The position numbers and the translations under genes are program-made. The notes below the pieces were generated by a model. It was not told where the DNA came from and made no database searches. It saw only the letters and a list, made by a program, of their open reading frames with translations. A stretch of DNA of 64,000 nucleotides, taken from a bacterium. Lineage in GTDB: Bacteria > Cyanobacteriota > Vampirovibrionia > Gastranaerophilales > JBAXKC01. Shown here one piece after another: positions 17,577-28,024 of the stretch. The first letter of the stretch is position 1. Every line of letters starts with the position of its first letter. The DNA is taken from NCBI GenBank assembly GCA_037137535.1, contig JBAXKC010000002.1, positions 64,001-128,000 on the forward strand, written 5' to 3'.

Positions 17577-18242
17577 CTAATAAATACTATTATAAGTTCT
17601 ATCGCCTGCATCTCCTAAACCTGGAACAATATATCCATTCTCATTTAGTTGCTCATCAATACAAGCTGTAACTATTTTTACATTCGGATAGCAATGTTGA
17701 ACTTTTGATATACCTTCATTTACAGCGATTAAAGAAACAAATCTAATATTTTCTTCAGGAACTTTAAGATCAATAAATAATTTAATTGCAGCTACAGCAG
17801 AACCACCGGTCGCAAGCATAGGATCAAGAATATAAATATAAGTTTTATCGGGGTTTTTAAAGCTCTGCGGTAAATTATTATAATAAGAAACAGGTTGTAA
17901 TGTTTTTTCGTCACGATATAAGCCAATATGATGAACTCTGGCAGTTGGGATTATTTCACTTGCTGCATCAGCAAAAATCAAACCAGCTCTTAGTATTGGA
18001 GCAATAACAACTTCAGAATCAGGATCAATTATTTTTGATATTGTTTTAGTTAACGGAGTTTCTATTTCTGTATCCACAAGTGGTAAATTTTCGGAGGCTT
18101 TGAAAAACAATATCTGAGCAATTCTTTTAGTTGCATTTCTAAATAATTCTGATGAAGTATTTTTATCTCGTAAAACAGTTAGATTTTGATTTGTTATAGG
18201 ATAATTGCAAACTATAACATTATTTTTAACGCATGTGTTCAT
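17577..18242 (-). CDS. upp: Uracil phosphoribosyltransferase
   Basis: PILRAG, GLYRDE, DPMLATGGS, GYIVPGLGDAGDR. Confidence 0.97.
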   Translation of the reverse strand: MNTCVKNNVIVCNYPITNQNLTVLRDKNTSSELFRNATKRIAQILFFKASENLPLVDTEIETPLTKTISKIIDPDSEVVIAPILRAGLIFADAASEIIPTARVHHIGLYRDEKTLQPVSYYNNLPQSFKNPDKTYIYILDPMLATGGSAVAAIKLFIDLKVPEENIRFVSLIAVNEGISKVQHCYPNVKIVTACIDEQLNENGYIVPGLGDAGDRTYNSIY

Positions 18243-18303
18243 TTTGATACCTTGAGTTTATAAATTATATCTAATGTACAACGGTTTAGCGTTTAGTTCA
18301 ACA

Positions 18304-19350
18304 TTAAAGTTTATTTTTTAATTTTTTTATGGAGCAATTAATATTTTGAATAGTGCAATTCAATTTTTGAATTTTTTTATTTGATATGGACTTACTTAAA
18401 TTATTGGAAGTTACATCAATTTGCTCAAATGTTGAATTAATCCAAAAGAAAGTATAGTTAATTGAATCAGAATTGAGTTTTTTATGCTTTAACCAGCTAC
18501 TTGAGATATTTTTAGCCTGATAAGCAGAATTTATTACCTGCATTAGATGTTTTTCACGCCAATCATTTATACCATTGCTATATAAATTTGAATAATCACT
18601 TAAAATATAAATGTTCTGCAAAGTCTGAGCTTTATCAAGTTCATTAGCAAATGATTCTAATCGTTGATTACTTTCATTTATATTATCCTCTGAGGTGTTA
18701 ACAACAGGAACTTTTTGCTTACCTATATTAGTAATTGCATTTGCACATTCCCTAAATGTGGTGTTAATGTTGTGTGAAATAGTTTTTGACTGCACAATAT
18801 TATTTTCCAGTTTTTCAATGCCACCGGAACCAAAAGTTTTTAATATATTTGTAGATAAATCTAAAACAGAAAGAGATACATCTTTCTGTAAATCAAACAC
18901 TTGCCCTACTCGTACAGGTTCAACCACTTTAAAATTATTTTCTTCAATATGAGTAGTCTGCTCTGGAGCTTTTACATTTAAAGGATTAACAGTTTTTTCT
19001 TTTAATTTATTAGGCGGAATTATCTCAATAGATCTTGAACCTGCTAATCCTGTAAATTGAACACTTATAGCAGATGATGGCGGAATCTCAACATCATTAT
19101 TATTTATTTTTATACTTATTAATGCTTTATTATTATCTTTATTTTGAACTTCTGTTACATTTCCAACAGTAATCCCCATAATTCTTACAGGCGAACCAAC
19201 AATTACACTATCAGCATCATTAAATTCAAACTGATAAGTAGTTCCCTGATTGAATTTATCGTCAAGATAACTAACGCCCAGGTGAAGTAGCCCACCAAGA
19301 ACAATTATCCATATAAAGATTTCCAATAGTAAAATATGTTTTCTACTCAT
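18304..19350 (-). CDS. MlaD/MCE-family protein
   Basis: N-terminal TM helix, FNDA....GSPVRIMGITVGNV, GLAGSRSIEIIP, helical C-terminus. Confidence 0.85.
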   Translation of the reverse strand: MSRKHILLLEIFIWIIVLGGLLHLGVSYLDDKFNQGTTYQFEFNDADSVIVGSPVRIMGITVGNVTEVQNKDNNKALISIKINNNDVEIPPSSAISVQFTGLAGSRSIEIIPPNKLKEKTVNPLNVKAPEQTTHIEENNFKVVEPVRVGQVFDLQKDVSLSVLDLSTNILKTFGSGGIEKLENNIVQSKTISHNINTTFRECANAITNIGKQKVPVVNTSEDNINESNQRLESFANELDKAQTLQNIYILSDYSNLYSNGINDWREKHLMQVINSAYQAKNISSSWLKHKKLNSDSINYTFFWINSTFEQIDVTSNNLSKSISNKKIQKLNCTIQNINCSIKKLKNKL

Positions 19351-19415
19351 ATCATTATATTAAGGGAATTTGACTTTTTTTAAAAGAAAAAATTTTATTA
19401 GAGGGAGAGAGAATC

Positions 19416-20138
19416 ATGGTAGAAAAAAGAGCTTCGTATATTACTAAGCACAATTATAATTTTTATAGCACCGTTCCTTGGGGAATAAACGATGTTTTAT
19501 CATCATATGCCTTTATTTTTATATTAGCTGTATTGTTTTTTTCAGCTTTTATCTTTACAGGACAAAATGCAGAAATGTTAACTTTTGCAATAGTTCAACT
19601 TATTTTATCACTTGCAACTCTTGGAATCGTCTATATTTTTATTCATAAAAAATACCATCTTAATTTTCTGGAATCTATGGGAATTGATTTTTCAGAAACT
19701 CCTAAATACTTATCACAAGGGTTAACTACCTCTTTTTTTATCTTACTTGGTACTGCTTTGATTACTTATCTATTTACAAATTATACAGCCACTAGTGATG
19801 ATAGCGCATATGCGAACCTTTCCATTGATAAATTAAGAATAATATCATTGTTTGCAGTATTTTTTGCACCGATAGTCGAAGAAGTATTTTTCAGGGGGTT
19901 TATGCAACCTGCAATGAGCAAGTATATGGGAGCAGCAGGAGGAATAATCGCAACTGCATTAGTATTCGGCTTTTCACATACACAATACTATGGAAGTTAT
20001 GTCGCACTTGTTTCTGTTATATTTATAGGCTTAGTTTTAGGCATGGCAAGACATATTTCAGGCTCAATCATGCCTGGAGTATTCGCACATTTAATAAACA
20101 ACCTTATTGCTGCAATTGCATTATTATCAATGCAATAA
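19416..20138 (+). CDS. CPBP (Abi/CAAX) intramembrane metalloprotease
   Basis: APIVEEVFFRG, FGFSH, HLINN. Confidence 0.92.
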   Translation: MVEKRASYITKHNYNFYSTVPWGINDVLSSYAFIFILAVLFFSAFIFTGQNAEMLTFAIVQLILSLATLGIVYIFIHKKYHLNFLESMGIDFSETPKYLSQGLTTSFFILLGTALITYLFTNYTATSDDSAYANLSIDKLRIISLFAVFFAPIVEEVFFRGFMQPAMSKYMGAAGGIIATALVFGFSHTQYYGSYVALVSVIFIGLVLGMARHISGSIMPGVFAHLINNLIAAIALLSMQ

Positions 20139-20222
20139 CTATACCTATAGAAGAAAATAATTGATAAAACATCTTTCGAAAAATTTTTCATATTTACTAA
20201 ATTCATTCAACACAACAAAATT

Positions 20223-20377
20223 TCGATAGCTAAAGCCATCGACTAACTTTTCATTTTTCAAAAAACAAAAAAGTCAACAAAAACGCGGCGCATCTGAACG
20301 CTACTGGATTCTTTTCTTACTCTTTGGGTTAATTTACACAATAATTTTTGAGAAAAGAAGCAAACCGCTCGAGTTGT
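20223..20377 (-). other. Structured intergenic element with several hairpins (repeat-like element or ncRNA)
   Basis: Stems at 20223-20242, 20290-20301 and 20309-20317/20351-20359; mismatches become G-U pairs on the minus strand. Confidence 0.4.
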
Positions 20378-20496
20378 GTCTGTTTATAATTTCATTTTCA
20401 CAAAATATCAGTCTAAATTTGATTTAGAGTAATTAAAATTATCAAAAAAGTTAATTGTATTAATAGAATAAATTATTAATTGAACAATAACTATTT

Positions 20497-21012
20497 TTAT
20501 TTTTTCTTATTAACCTTTATTAAATGCCAACCAAACTTTGTTTTAACAGGATCTGAAATCTCTCCTATTTCTAAATTAGCTGCAGCATTTTCAAAAGCAA
20601 GAACCATATCGCCTTTGGAAAACTCTCCAAGATCGCCTTCTTTTTTTCCTGATGGGCATGTTGAATACTTCTTAGCTAATTCAGCAAATTTTTTATTTTT
20701 TTCTTCGGGAGATTTACATTGATCTAATTCTTTTTTGAGCTGTATTGCAAGTTGTTCATCTTTGACAAGAATATGTTGAGCTGACATTTTAGTAAAACTT
20801 TTATTAGCAGTAGTTTTTGCTGTTTTATTGGCTTTTTGCATTAATATATTTGCTCGAAAACTTAATTCAGCAGGACTTTTAGCATTACTATCAATATTTT
20901 CATCTTTGAATTGAGAATAATTTGGCATTGTTTGTTCATTTGTATTTTTTTCTTTTACATTTTGTTTAATTGGAATATTGTTATTCACAGATAAATTAGT
21001 TGGAAAATTCAT
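20497..21012 (-). CDS. Parvulin-type peptidyl-prolyl isomerase with ~75-aa N-terminal extension
   Basis: AQHILVK, FAELAKKYSTCPSG, GDLGEF..G.MV..FE, PVKTKFGWHLI. Confidence 0.92.
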   Translation of the reverse strand: MNFPTNLSVNNNIPIKQNVKEKNTNEQTMPNYSQFKDENIDSNAKSPAELSFRANILMQKANKTAKTTANKSFTKMSAQHILVKDEQLAIQLKKELDQCKSPEEKNKKFAELAKKYSTCPSGKKEGDLGEFSKGDMVLAFENAAANLEIGEISDPVKTKFGWHLIKVNKKK

Positions 21013-21130
21013 TAAAACTACCCTTATTAATCATGCTCCTATATTATTAAAAACAATATATTGATTAATATTGACAGGCCTTCTGAATTTTTACAATTTT
21101 AATAATGTAATTTAACATAATTAATAAGTT

Positions 21131-22333
21131 TTAGTTAAAAATATTAACATCTTTTACAATGATTTTATAGTTTGAGAATTCATTAGCTATATTTTCTAAT
21201 TCCTTTATAGATTTTAAACCGCTTTGAGCTCCATAATTTTGAGTGATAGAGGCAGAATTAATAGAAGCCAATTTTAATGCTTTATCTATCTTCCACTCTT
21301 TCATTAAAGCCCCTATAAATGTACTTGCAAAAGCATCTCCTGCTCCTAATGTGCTAACAACTTCAGCAGGAAAACAAGGTGCGTAATATATTTGCTTCCC
21401 GTCAAAGGCTTGCGCTCCATTTGAACCATCTGTTATTACAACAATATCAGGACCCATTTCTTTTAAACATTTCAATTTATTAATTGCAAAAAATCCCCAT
21501 GGCTCAAGCAACAGCGAGCTTTGTGGGCATAATTCCATACATTTTGAGCAACCTTTAATGCATTTATCTATACTGCTATCTATATAGAGCTTACCTTCTT
21601 CTATGTTAAAAACTCTTTGAGGACAAGCTTTTAAACATTCATAACAAGATTTGCATTTTTCTTTATCAATTTTCAAAGTTTCATCATAAATTTTTGTTAC
21701 TAATTCAGCTTCCGATTTATTCAAAACAAGAATTGATACTTTTGATAATATTTTTTTGAAATCATCAAAACCTCTTTTTAGCTGCCTGGTACCAGGATTA
21801 AAACCTACCTTAATATTGTTCTTTTGTGCAAAATGAGTTATTTCATCAAGTATAATATTCGAATCGCCACTTAATGAAGAAATATAAAACCATTTTGTGT
21901 TTTTTAAAGCCTCTAACTTGATTTCATCTAATATTATCGAGCTATTTGCACCCCTATGAGTTAAGACAGTACGCTCACCCTCAAAACTGTTAAGAATAAC
22001 ACTAAAGCCGGTTTTAAAATCCTTGCATTTGATAATACTAGATTTATCAACATTTTGCTCTGTTAATCGGTTTAATATCGCTTTAGCATTAAGGTCATTA
22101 CCTATTTTTATAATGGTACTTGTATTAAAACCTAATATTGAAAAGTTTACTGCCGTATTAACTGCTCCCCCGCCAATATCAAAAGCTAAATTATCAATTT
22201 CAATTTTCGCTCCAAAATCAAAACATAACAATTTATTTACGTCTTCTAAAGTTTTTGTAGTTATTATTTTTGCAAATTCAGTTTGAATAAAAATATCTTG
22301 AGTAGCTCCACCAATAGTTATTACATCAAACAT
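21131..22333 (-). CDS. PfkB/ribokinase-family kinase with inserted 2x[4Fe-4S] ferredoxin domain
   Basis: GGGAVNTA, ITDGSNG, STLGAGDAF; internal CxxCxxCxxxCP and CxxxCxxCxxxCP. Confidence 0.88.
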   Translation of the reverse strand: MFDVITIGGATQDIFIQTEFAKIITTKTLEDVNKLLCFDFGAKIEIDNLAFDIGGGAVNTAVNFSILGFNTSTIIKIGNDLNAKAILNRLTEQNVDKSSIIKCKDFKTGFSVILNSFEGERTVLTHRGANSSIILDEIKLEALKNTKWFYISSLSGDSNIILDEITHFAQKNNIKVGFNPGTRQLKRGFDDFKKILSKVSILVLNKSEAELVTKIYDETLKIDKEKCKSCYECLKACPQRVFNIEEGKLYIDSSIDKCIKGCSKCMELCPQSSLLLEPWGFFAINKLKCLKEMGPDIVVITDGSNGAQAFDGKQIYYAPCFPAEVVSTLGAGDAFASTFIGALMKEWKIDKALKLASINSASITQNYGAQSGLKSIKELENIANEFSNYKIIVKDVNIFN

Positions 22334-22433
22334 AAGCCCCCTTTATTTTCATAGTTTTTTGAAGTTTAATAATAAAAAGCTTTTGACATAATAAAGTATT
22401 AAATTAGAGTTTTGAATAAGACAGGCGTTTTAT

Positions 22434-23204
22434 ATGTTTCAAAAAGAGATTATAAACAGTATTAGTTATTACACCTCAAACATGCTTAAATCTGATAAAT
22501 TCATTCATGCTTTTACTACAAGATTGTTTGAAGATGCAGCAAATTTTACATTAGGGACAGGTGGTAATCCTGAAAATAAATTGTTAGTTGATGTGAATAG
22601 AAAAAACATATGTGAAGCATTTAATTTAGATATTAATAAATTAATAATTCCCGATCAGAAACATACTGATAATATAAAAATTGTTACATCAGTTGACGAT
22701 AATGTCAGCGAAACTGATGCTTTGATAACTAATGTAAAAAACTTGCCGATATTATTGTTATTTGCTGATTGTACGCCAATAATACTTTATTCGGAAATAG
22801 ATAATGTAATAGCAGTAATTCATGCCGGCTGGAGAGGAACTGCAAAAAATATAGCCCGCAAGACGGTTGCCCAAATGGGTGATTTTTTAGGCATTAAGGC
22901 TGAAAACATTAAAGCTGCTATCGGACAGGCAATTGGAATGTGCTGTTACGAAGTATCACAAGAAGTTAAGGACTTTTTATTATCAACATTAACTCATGAT
23001 TATGATAATATTATTAAGTCTACCGAAAATGATAAATTCTTTGTAGATTTGAAAAAAATAAATGAATACCAGCTTTTAGAATCAGGAGTAAATAATATAG
23101 ATGTATTTGATATCTGTACCTCCTGCGAAAGTAATCAGTTCTTTTCTTATAGGGCTGAGAATGGTAAAACCGGACGACATGGTGCAATAGCTTGTTTAAA
23201 GTGA
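22434..23204 (+). CDS. pgeF: Peptidoglycan editing factor / laccase-domain purine nucleoside phosphorylase
   Basis: HAFTTR, QKHT, FADCTPI, HAGWRG, CTSC...FFSYR. Confidence 0.92.
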   Translation: MFQKEIINSISYYTSNMLKSDKFIHAFTTRLFEDAANFTLGTGGNPENKLLVDVNRKNICEAFNLDINKLIIPDQKHTDNIKIVTSVDDNVSETDALITNVKNLPILLLFADCTPIILYSEIDNVIAVIHAGWRGTAKNIARKTVAQMGDFLGIKAENIKAAIGQAIGMCCYEVSQEVKDFLLSTLTHDYDNIIKSTENDKFFVDLKKINEYQLLESGVNNIDVFDICTSCESNQFFSYRAENGKTGRHGAIACLK

Positions 23205-23213
23205 GGACTCAAA

Positions 23214-24521
23214 ATGGTTGCCATTGACAGACGTGAAACGGTTAGTCAAGTACTTAATAAACTTTTTGATTTTGTAAAATCTGATCAGTTTATTGCTGAA
23301 GATGTAAAAAAATATGCAAATGCCTTTATAACAACAGAAGAACAGGCAAAAAACGTTGATATTGAAGGACTTTTGCTTGCTTATGTTTTTGAAAGAAAAA
23401 TAGATGATAAATTTGTAATGGATTTATTCATTGAAAAACAGACAGATTTATCTGATGAAGAAAAAGAAATCATTGACGGTCTTAAAAAATCCATTTATTC
23501 TATCTTTGAAATCAAAAAAGTATTAAAAAATGGATTTGAACTTTATAATATAGTTAATGAAAAAACTTATCCGACTTCAACAATTATTAAATCAAGTAAC
23601 TTTAGAGGAGTAGGTTCTGGAGAATATATTTTAGGACGAATCTTCCCATGCAAAGAAACTAATTATCTTATTGTATTGAACAAAATTTTCCCGTCAGCAG
23701 CTAAAACTGAAGTTTTCAGATATGCTGTAATGATGCAAATGGAAAAACCGGAAGCTGTTTATCAAGATAATGAAACTAAATTTCAAGAAATAGAAAAAAT
23801 GACTAAAGAACTTGCAACTACGTTTCAAGAATATTTTAACTCTTTAGAAATTGTTACAACAACAGAAAATCTTGACGAAATTTTAGCAGGCTTTAATGAC
23901 TTTGTTGAATCTGGTGAAAAAACAAATATAGACAAACTGCCTGAACTGATTAAACAACCTGATGAATACAAATATTTTGATATAAATGAAGTATCAAAAA
24001 CTCAAGAAGGTGACTTTATTGATCAAGCGACAAAAGGTTTTTCTTCGGCTCCTGCAAGTTATGATGTTGGACTGATGTATGATGCAGAAACAGGTCTATT
24101 AGTTGTTCCTTTTTACGCTACATTTAGAGAAATTTTCAAAAGAGAAGATTATAAATCAGTTGAAGGATACCAAGATTGCATTAAAGAAATTTTTAATAAT
24201 GATAAAGTTCCTCCATCTGTAATTGAAAAAGTTTATAATGAATTTTCTTCTAATTTTATGAATATTGTCAAAGAAGTATTAGAAGAAACAGAACTTCAAT
24301 CTCTTGATGAACTTCTTAAAAAATACAAAAAAGACTATTATACACACAGGAAATTCTCTGTTCCTACAATGTTATACTCTTCCGAAGCATTTAATGAACT
24401 TATGTACCTTCTTCAAGAAGAGCAGTTGATGTCTTATATGAATAAAACTACGGAAAAAGTAGGAAGAAATGATTCTTGCCCTTGTGGAAGCGGCAAAAAA
24501 TATAAAAAATGTTGCATGTAA
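23214..24521 (+). CDS. SEC-C (zinc-binding) motif protein
   Basis: C-terminal KVGRNDSCPCGSGKKYKKCC. Confidence 0.85.
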   Translation: MVAIDRRETVSQVLNKLFDFVKSDQFIAEDVKKYANAFITTEEQAKNVDIEGLLLAYVFERKIDDKFVMDLFIEKQTDLSDEEKEIIDGLKKSIYSIFEIKKVLKNGFELYNIVNEKTYPTSTIIKSSNFRGVGSGEYILGRIFPCKETNYLIVLNKIFPSAAKTEVFRYAVMMQMEKPEAVYQDNETKFQEIEKMTKELATTFQEYFNSLEIVTTTENLDEILAGFNDFVESGEKTNIDKLPELIKQPDEYKYFDINEVSKTQEGDFIDQATKGFSSAPASYDVGLMYDAETGLLVVPFYATFREIFKREDYKSVEGYQDCIKEIFNNDKVPPSVIEKVYNEFSSNFMNIVKEVLEETELQSLDELLKKYKKDYYTHRKFSVPTMLYSSEAFNELMYLLQEEQLMSYMNKTTEKVGRNDSCPCGSGKKYKKCCM

Positions 24522-24543
24522 GAAAAATCTTTAATAGTAAAAA

Positions 24544-24575
24544 AATAAGACATCATTTTATAATGGTGTCTTATT
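24544..24575 (+). terminator. Terminator after SEC-C gene
   Basis: AATAAGACATCATT / AATGGTGTCTTATT. Confidence 0.6.
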
Positions 24576-24689
24576 AATATGTAACAAAATTAGTAAATTT
24601 TGGCAAAAAACAGCCTATTTCCCTTGAATTCAGCGTGCTGTTTGGTATAACCTGTATCCATGTATGAAATTTGAAAGAATAAACTTTAA

Positions 24690-25439
24690 ATGATAACCCC
24701 TAGTAAAAATCAAACTGAAGAAATAGCAAATTTAGTCCGTAAAACTGAATTAAAGCATATTGCAATTATTATGGACGGCAACAGACGTTGGGCTAAAAAA
24801 CGCTTTTTGCCAACGCCTGCGGGACATAATGAAGGTGTTAAAAGCTTAAAAAAAGTTGTAAAAGCTTGCGGTGAATTTGGGATTAAGTATTTAACGGTTT
24901 ATGCATTTTCTACAGAAAATTGGGGAAGAAAGCAAGACGAAGTTGATTTTTTAATGAAACTTCTTGCAGAAACAATCAAAAAAGAAACTAAAGATTTACA
25001 TGCTAACAATGTAAAAATAAAAATCATTGGCAATATTGCCGCATTATCAAAAGATTTACAGGCTATATTAAACGAATCGATGGACTACACTTCTCAAAAT
25101 ACAGGTCTTAATTTACAGATAGCTATTAATTACGGCTCAAGAGATGAAATAATTTCAGCCGTTAAAAATATTGCAGAAGAAGTTAAACTTGGAAATATTG
25201 ATACAGACTCAATTAACCAGGAACTTATATCAAGTTATCTTTATACATCAGAAATCCCCGATCCTGATCTTTTAATTAGAACTGGCGGCGATTTTAGAAT
25301 AAGTAATTATTTATTATGGCAGGCAGCTTATGCTGAAATACTTGTTATTGATACATTATGGCCAGATTTTGATAAAGAAATACTAGCAGATGCAATTATA
25401 AATTTTTCTAATCGTGATAGAAGATTTGGAAAAGGTTAA
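24690..25439 (+). CDS. uppS: Undecaprenyl diphosphate synthase
   Basis: HIAIIMDGNRRWA, YAFSTENWGR, PDPDLLIRTGG..RISNYLLWQ. Confidence 0.97.
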   Translation: MITPSKNQTEEIANLVRKTELKHIAIIMDGNRRWAKKRFLPTPAGHNEGVKSLKKVVKACGEFGIKYLTVYAFSTENWGRKQDEVDFLMKLLAETIKKETKDLHANNVKIKIIGNIAALSKDLQAILNESMDYTSQNTGLNLQIAINYGSRDEIISAVKNIAEEVKLGNIDTDSINQELISSYLYTSEIPDPDLLIRTGGDFRISNYLLWQAAYAEILVIDTLWPDFDKEILADAIINFSNRDRRFGKG

Positions 25440-25440
25440 C

Positions 25441-26019
25441 ATGAAAAAAATTGTACTTGCAACTTCAAATGCAAAAAAAATAATAGAAATGGAAAACATT
25501 TTAAAAAACTACTCTATAAATGTAGATAAAGTACCTGATACTTTTAATCCAGATGAAACAGGAACTACTTTTGAGGAAAATGCTTACATAAAAGCATATG
25601 AAGCGGCAAAGTTGACGAATCTACCCTCGTTGGCGGATGATTCAGGATTAGTAGTTGATGCACTTGACGGTAAACCTGGTATTTACTCTTCAAGATACGA
25701 ATCAACCGATGAAAAAAGAATTAATCGTATATTAAACGAATTATCTGAATATAAAAATAATGAGAGAACGGCAAGATTTGTTTGTGCTATGGCTCTTGTA
25801 AAACCTGACGGCGAAACATTATTTTCTTGCAAAGGAATTTGTGAGGGAATTATAACAGCTACACGTTCAGGTAGTGGAGGATTTGGCTATGATCCTATTT
25901 TTCATGTTACAGATAAAAATAAAACAATGGCAGAACTTACATTAGAAGAAAAAAATCTTGTAAGCCATAGAGGCAAAGCATTAAAACAAATGTTGGAATG
26001 GATGAAAAACAATTTTTAA
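25441..26019 (+). CDS. rdgB: dITP/XTP pyrophosphatase (Ham1 family)
   Basis: LATSN.KK, ETG.TF.ENA..KA, ADDSGL, GFGYDPIF, SHRGKA; ATG at 25441. Confidence 0.95.
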   Translation: MKKIVLATSNAKKIIEMENILKNYSINVDKVPDTFNPDETGTTFEENAYIKAYEAAKLTNLPSLADDSGLVVDALDGKPGIYSSRYESTDEKRINRILNELSEYKNNERTARFVCAMALVKPDGETLFSCKGICEGIITATRSGSGGFGYDPIFHVTDKNKTMAELTLEEKNLVSHRGKALKQMLEWMKNNF

Positions 26020-26045
26020 ATGAAAGACAATAAAGGGGATGGTAG

Positions 26046-27098
26046 ATGATAAACAGGCTGTTAATAATTTTTATATTGTTAATTTTTGCTTTTTCAAAGC
26101 CTGCATATTCTGAAATAAGCGATAAAAAAATACAAAATATATTTAATACAGGCAGTGCGACGGGTGAGGCTTATTATAATCTCATAACGATTTACCAAGG
26201 CTCAAGTGTAAATGAAGTTAAATACAATAAACTTAAATTTCAACATGCATTTCAATCTTTAAGTATTATTGATTTAATTTCGGAAGACTTACAGCTAAGT
26301 AATCAATCATTATGTTTATTGAAAAATATAAGATCAAATTTATATGAATCTCTAAATGAAGAAAAAATAAATTACGCGATGTTAGAGCAAACAATAAAAC
26401 TGCTTAATCAGTTTTATAACTCTTTTAATCTTGATATAGCTAATTCTTATGGAACAGATTCAGATTGGTATTCAGATTTAGGTTTTTATTCCTCTTTTCA
26501 ACTGGAATCAATAAATACAAATAAATCCTCTGCGCTTTTGTTGGACGGTTCACAAAAATTATATGAACAAGTACCTGCAAGCGTACCTCAAACATCATCA
26601 GAAATGGTTAAAAGTTTAAAAAGTTTTGATAAACCAACACTTACTGTTGATGAAATTCAAGCATTAAAAAATGAGTTAAATTATTTAATAAGTTATTTTT
26701 CCAATTATCCGAATAAAGTTGCTGATAATGCTAATATAAAAGCTTTAAAAGGCTTTTGGCAAGGAATAATGATTAATCCATACGGACAAAAATACAATAT
26801 ATCTTTAAACTTTAATGATGTAAACAATTCGAGTCTAACGATAGAAGGCATTGCCTCAAATATACCTCTTGAAAATATTGATTTACTTGATAGTTATTTC
26901 AGTTTTACCTTTAAACCTGTTGGAACAGAAAAATTCAATGTAAGATTTAACGCTAAAATAAATAACGATATGTTTTCAGGAAATATTACAAACTCTCTAA
27001 ATGAGCAAGGTTATTGGGTTTTAACAAAAACAACAGATAATAAACCTTTATCTTCAGAAAAGATTAACCAGTTAAGCTCATATATAAATAAAAATTAA
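26046..27098 (+). CDS. Secreted hypothetical protein
   Basis: Sec-like signal (..SKPAYS); C-terminal beta-rich segment (KGFWQG). Confidence 0.7.
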   Translation: MINRLLIIFILLIFAFSKPAYSEISDKKIQNIFNTGSATGEAYYNLITIYQGSSVNEVKYNKLKFQHAFQSLSIIDLISEDLQLSNQSLCLLKNIRSNLYESLNEEKINYAMLEQTIKLLNQFYNSFNLDIANSYGTDSDWYSDLGFYSSFQLESINTNKSSALLLDGSQKLYEQVPASVPQTSSEMVKSLKSFDKPTLTVDEIQALKNELNYLISYFSNYPNKVADNANIKALKGFWQGIMINPYGQKYNISLNFNDVNNSSLTIEGIASNIPLENIDLLDSYFSFTFKPVGTEKFNVRFNAKINNDMFSGNITNSLNEQGYWVLTKTTDNKPLSSEKINQLSSYINKN

Positions 27099-27103
27099 TA
27101 GGC

Positions 27104-27955
27104 TTAACCATTGAGAGTTTTATTAACTAAATCTCTCAATTCCTTAAAAAATATAAGTATTTTAGGAGTTGGTTTGTTGTCATTTCTTTTAGTTTTTTGA
27201 TGCTGTACTGCAATTAAATCCGAATATTGTTTGTTTAACTTATTTACTTCATTAAAATAATCAGCTAAATTTCTTTGACTAGTCAAGGAACCAAAAGCTA
27301 CTTTTTTATCCGAAATTCTATTAATTGAACCTGTTAAAAACAAGAACTTTCTGTTAATTTCTTTTAAATCATCACTTTTTTTAACCATAGGAATACTTCT
27401 TCTGAAGTTTTTGCTTATTGGATTTTCGAATACTAAAGTTTTTGCATTATCAGCCCCATTTTTGGCTACACCATATAAATCATTAAATACATCTGAAATT
27501 GCATTAAATTTATCTAGCGTTCTGTATTGCTTTTTATAATGACTTAATTTATCAAGTATTTCAATTCTTCTATTTTCTAATTCAGTTAATTTTATTTTAG
27601 CCGATGACAAATTCATTAATTTTATACTTTGAATTTCACTATCAACTTCTTTGAGTTCTTTTTCAGCTTTTTCAATCATAAACTCAATCTTTAAACTCTC
27701 AGTAGGAAGATGTTGAGCTAGACTGTCATTAATCAAATTTGAATCATAATCATTAATTCTGTTTAAAGTAATGGGATTAGAATTATTTTTAGTTTCAACT
27801 GAATTTTGATTATTCAAATCCAATAATTTATCTGATACTTCATCCTTTTCTGAAATCAACTCTTGCAAAGTTGGATTTAAGAAAAAGTTATTATCACTTA
27901 ATTCATTATTAAATTGTTCAAAATCAGCGAAAAAATTCACCAAAGATCCCCTCAA
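27104..27955 (-). CDS. Hypothetical coiled-coil protein
   Basis: 283-aa ORF with heptad-rich centre; start uncertain (GTG at 27940 possible). Confidence 0.65.
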   Translation of the reverse strand: MRGSLVNFFADFEQFNNELSDNNFFLNPTLQELISEKDEVSDKLLDLNNQNSVETKNNSNPITLNRINDYDSNLINDSLAQHLPTESLKIEFMIEKAEKELKEVDSEIQSIKLMNLSSAKIKLTELENRRIEILDKLSHYKKQYRTLDKFNAISDVFNDLYGVAKNGADNAKTLVFENPISKNFRRSIPMVKKSDDLKEINRKFLFLTGSINRISDKKVAFGSLTSQRNLADYFNEVNKLNKQYSDLIAVQHQKTKRNDNKPTPKILIFFKELRDLVNKTLNG

Positions 27956-28024
27956 CCTTAAATATATATTTATATTTTCTCAGATTAACAGATATTTGTT
28001 ATCATTCACTGAAATGATTTTATA

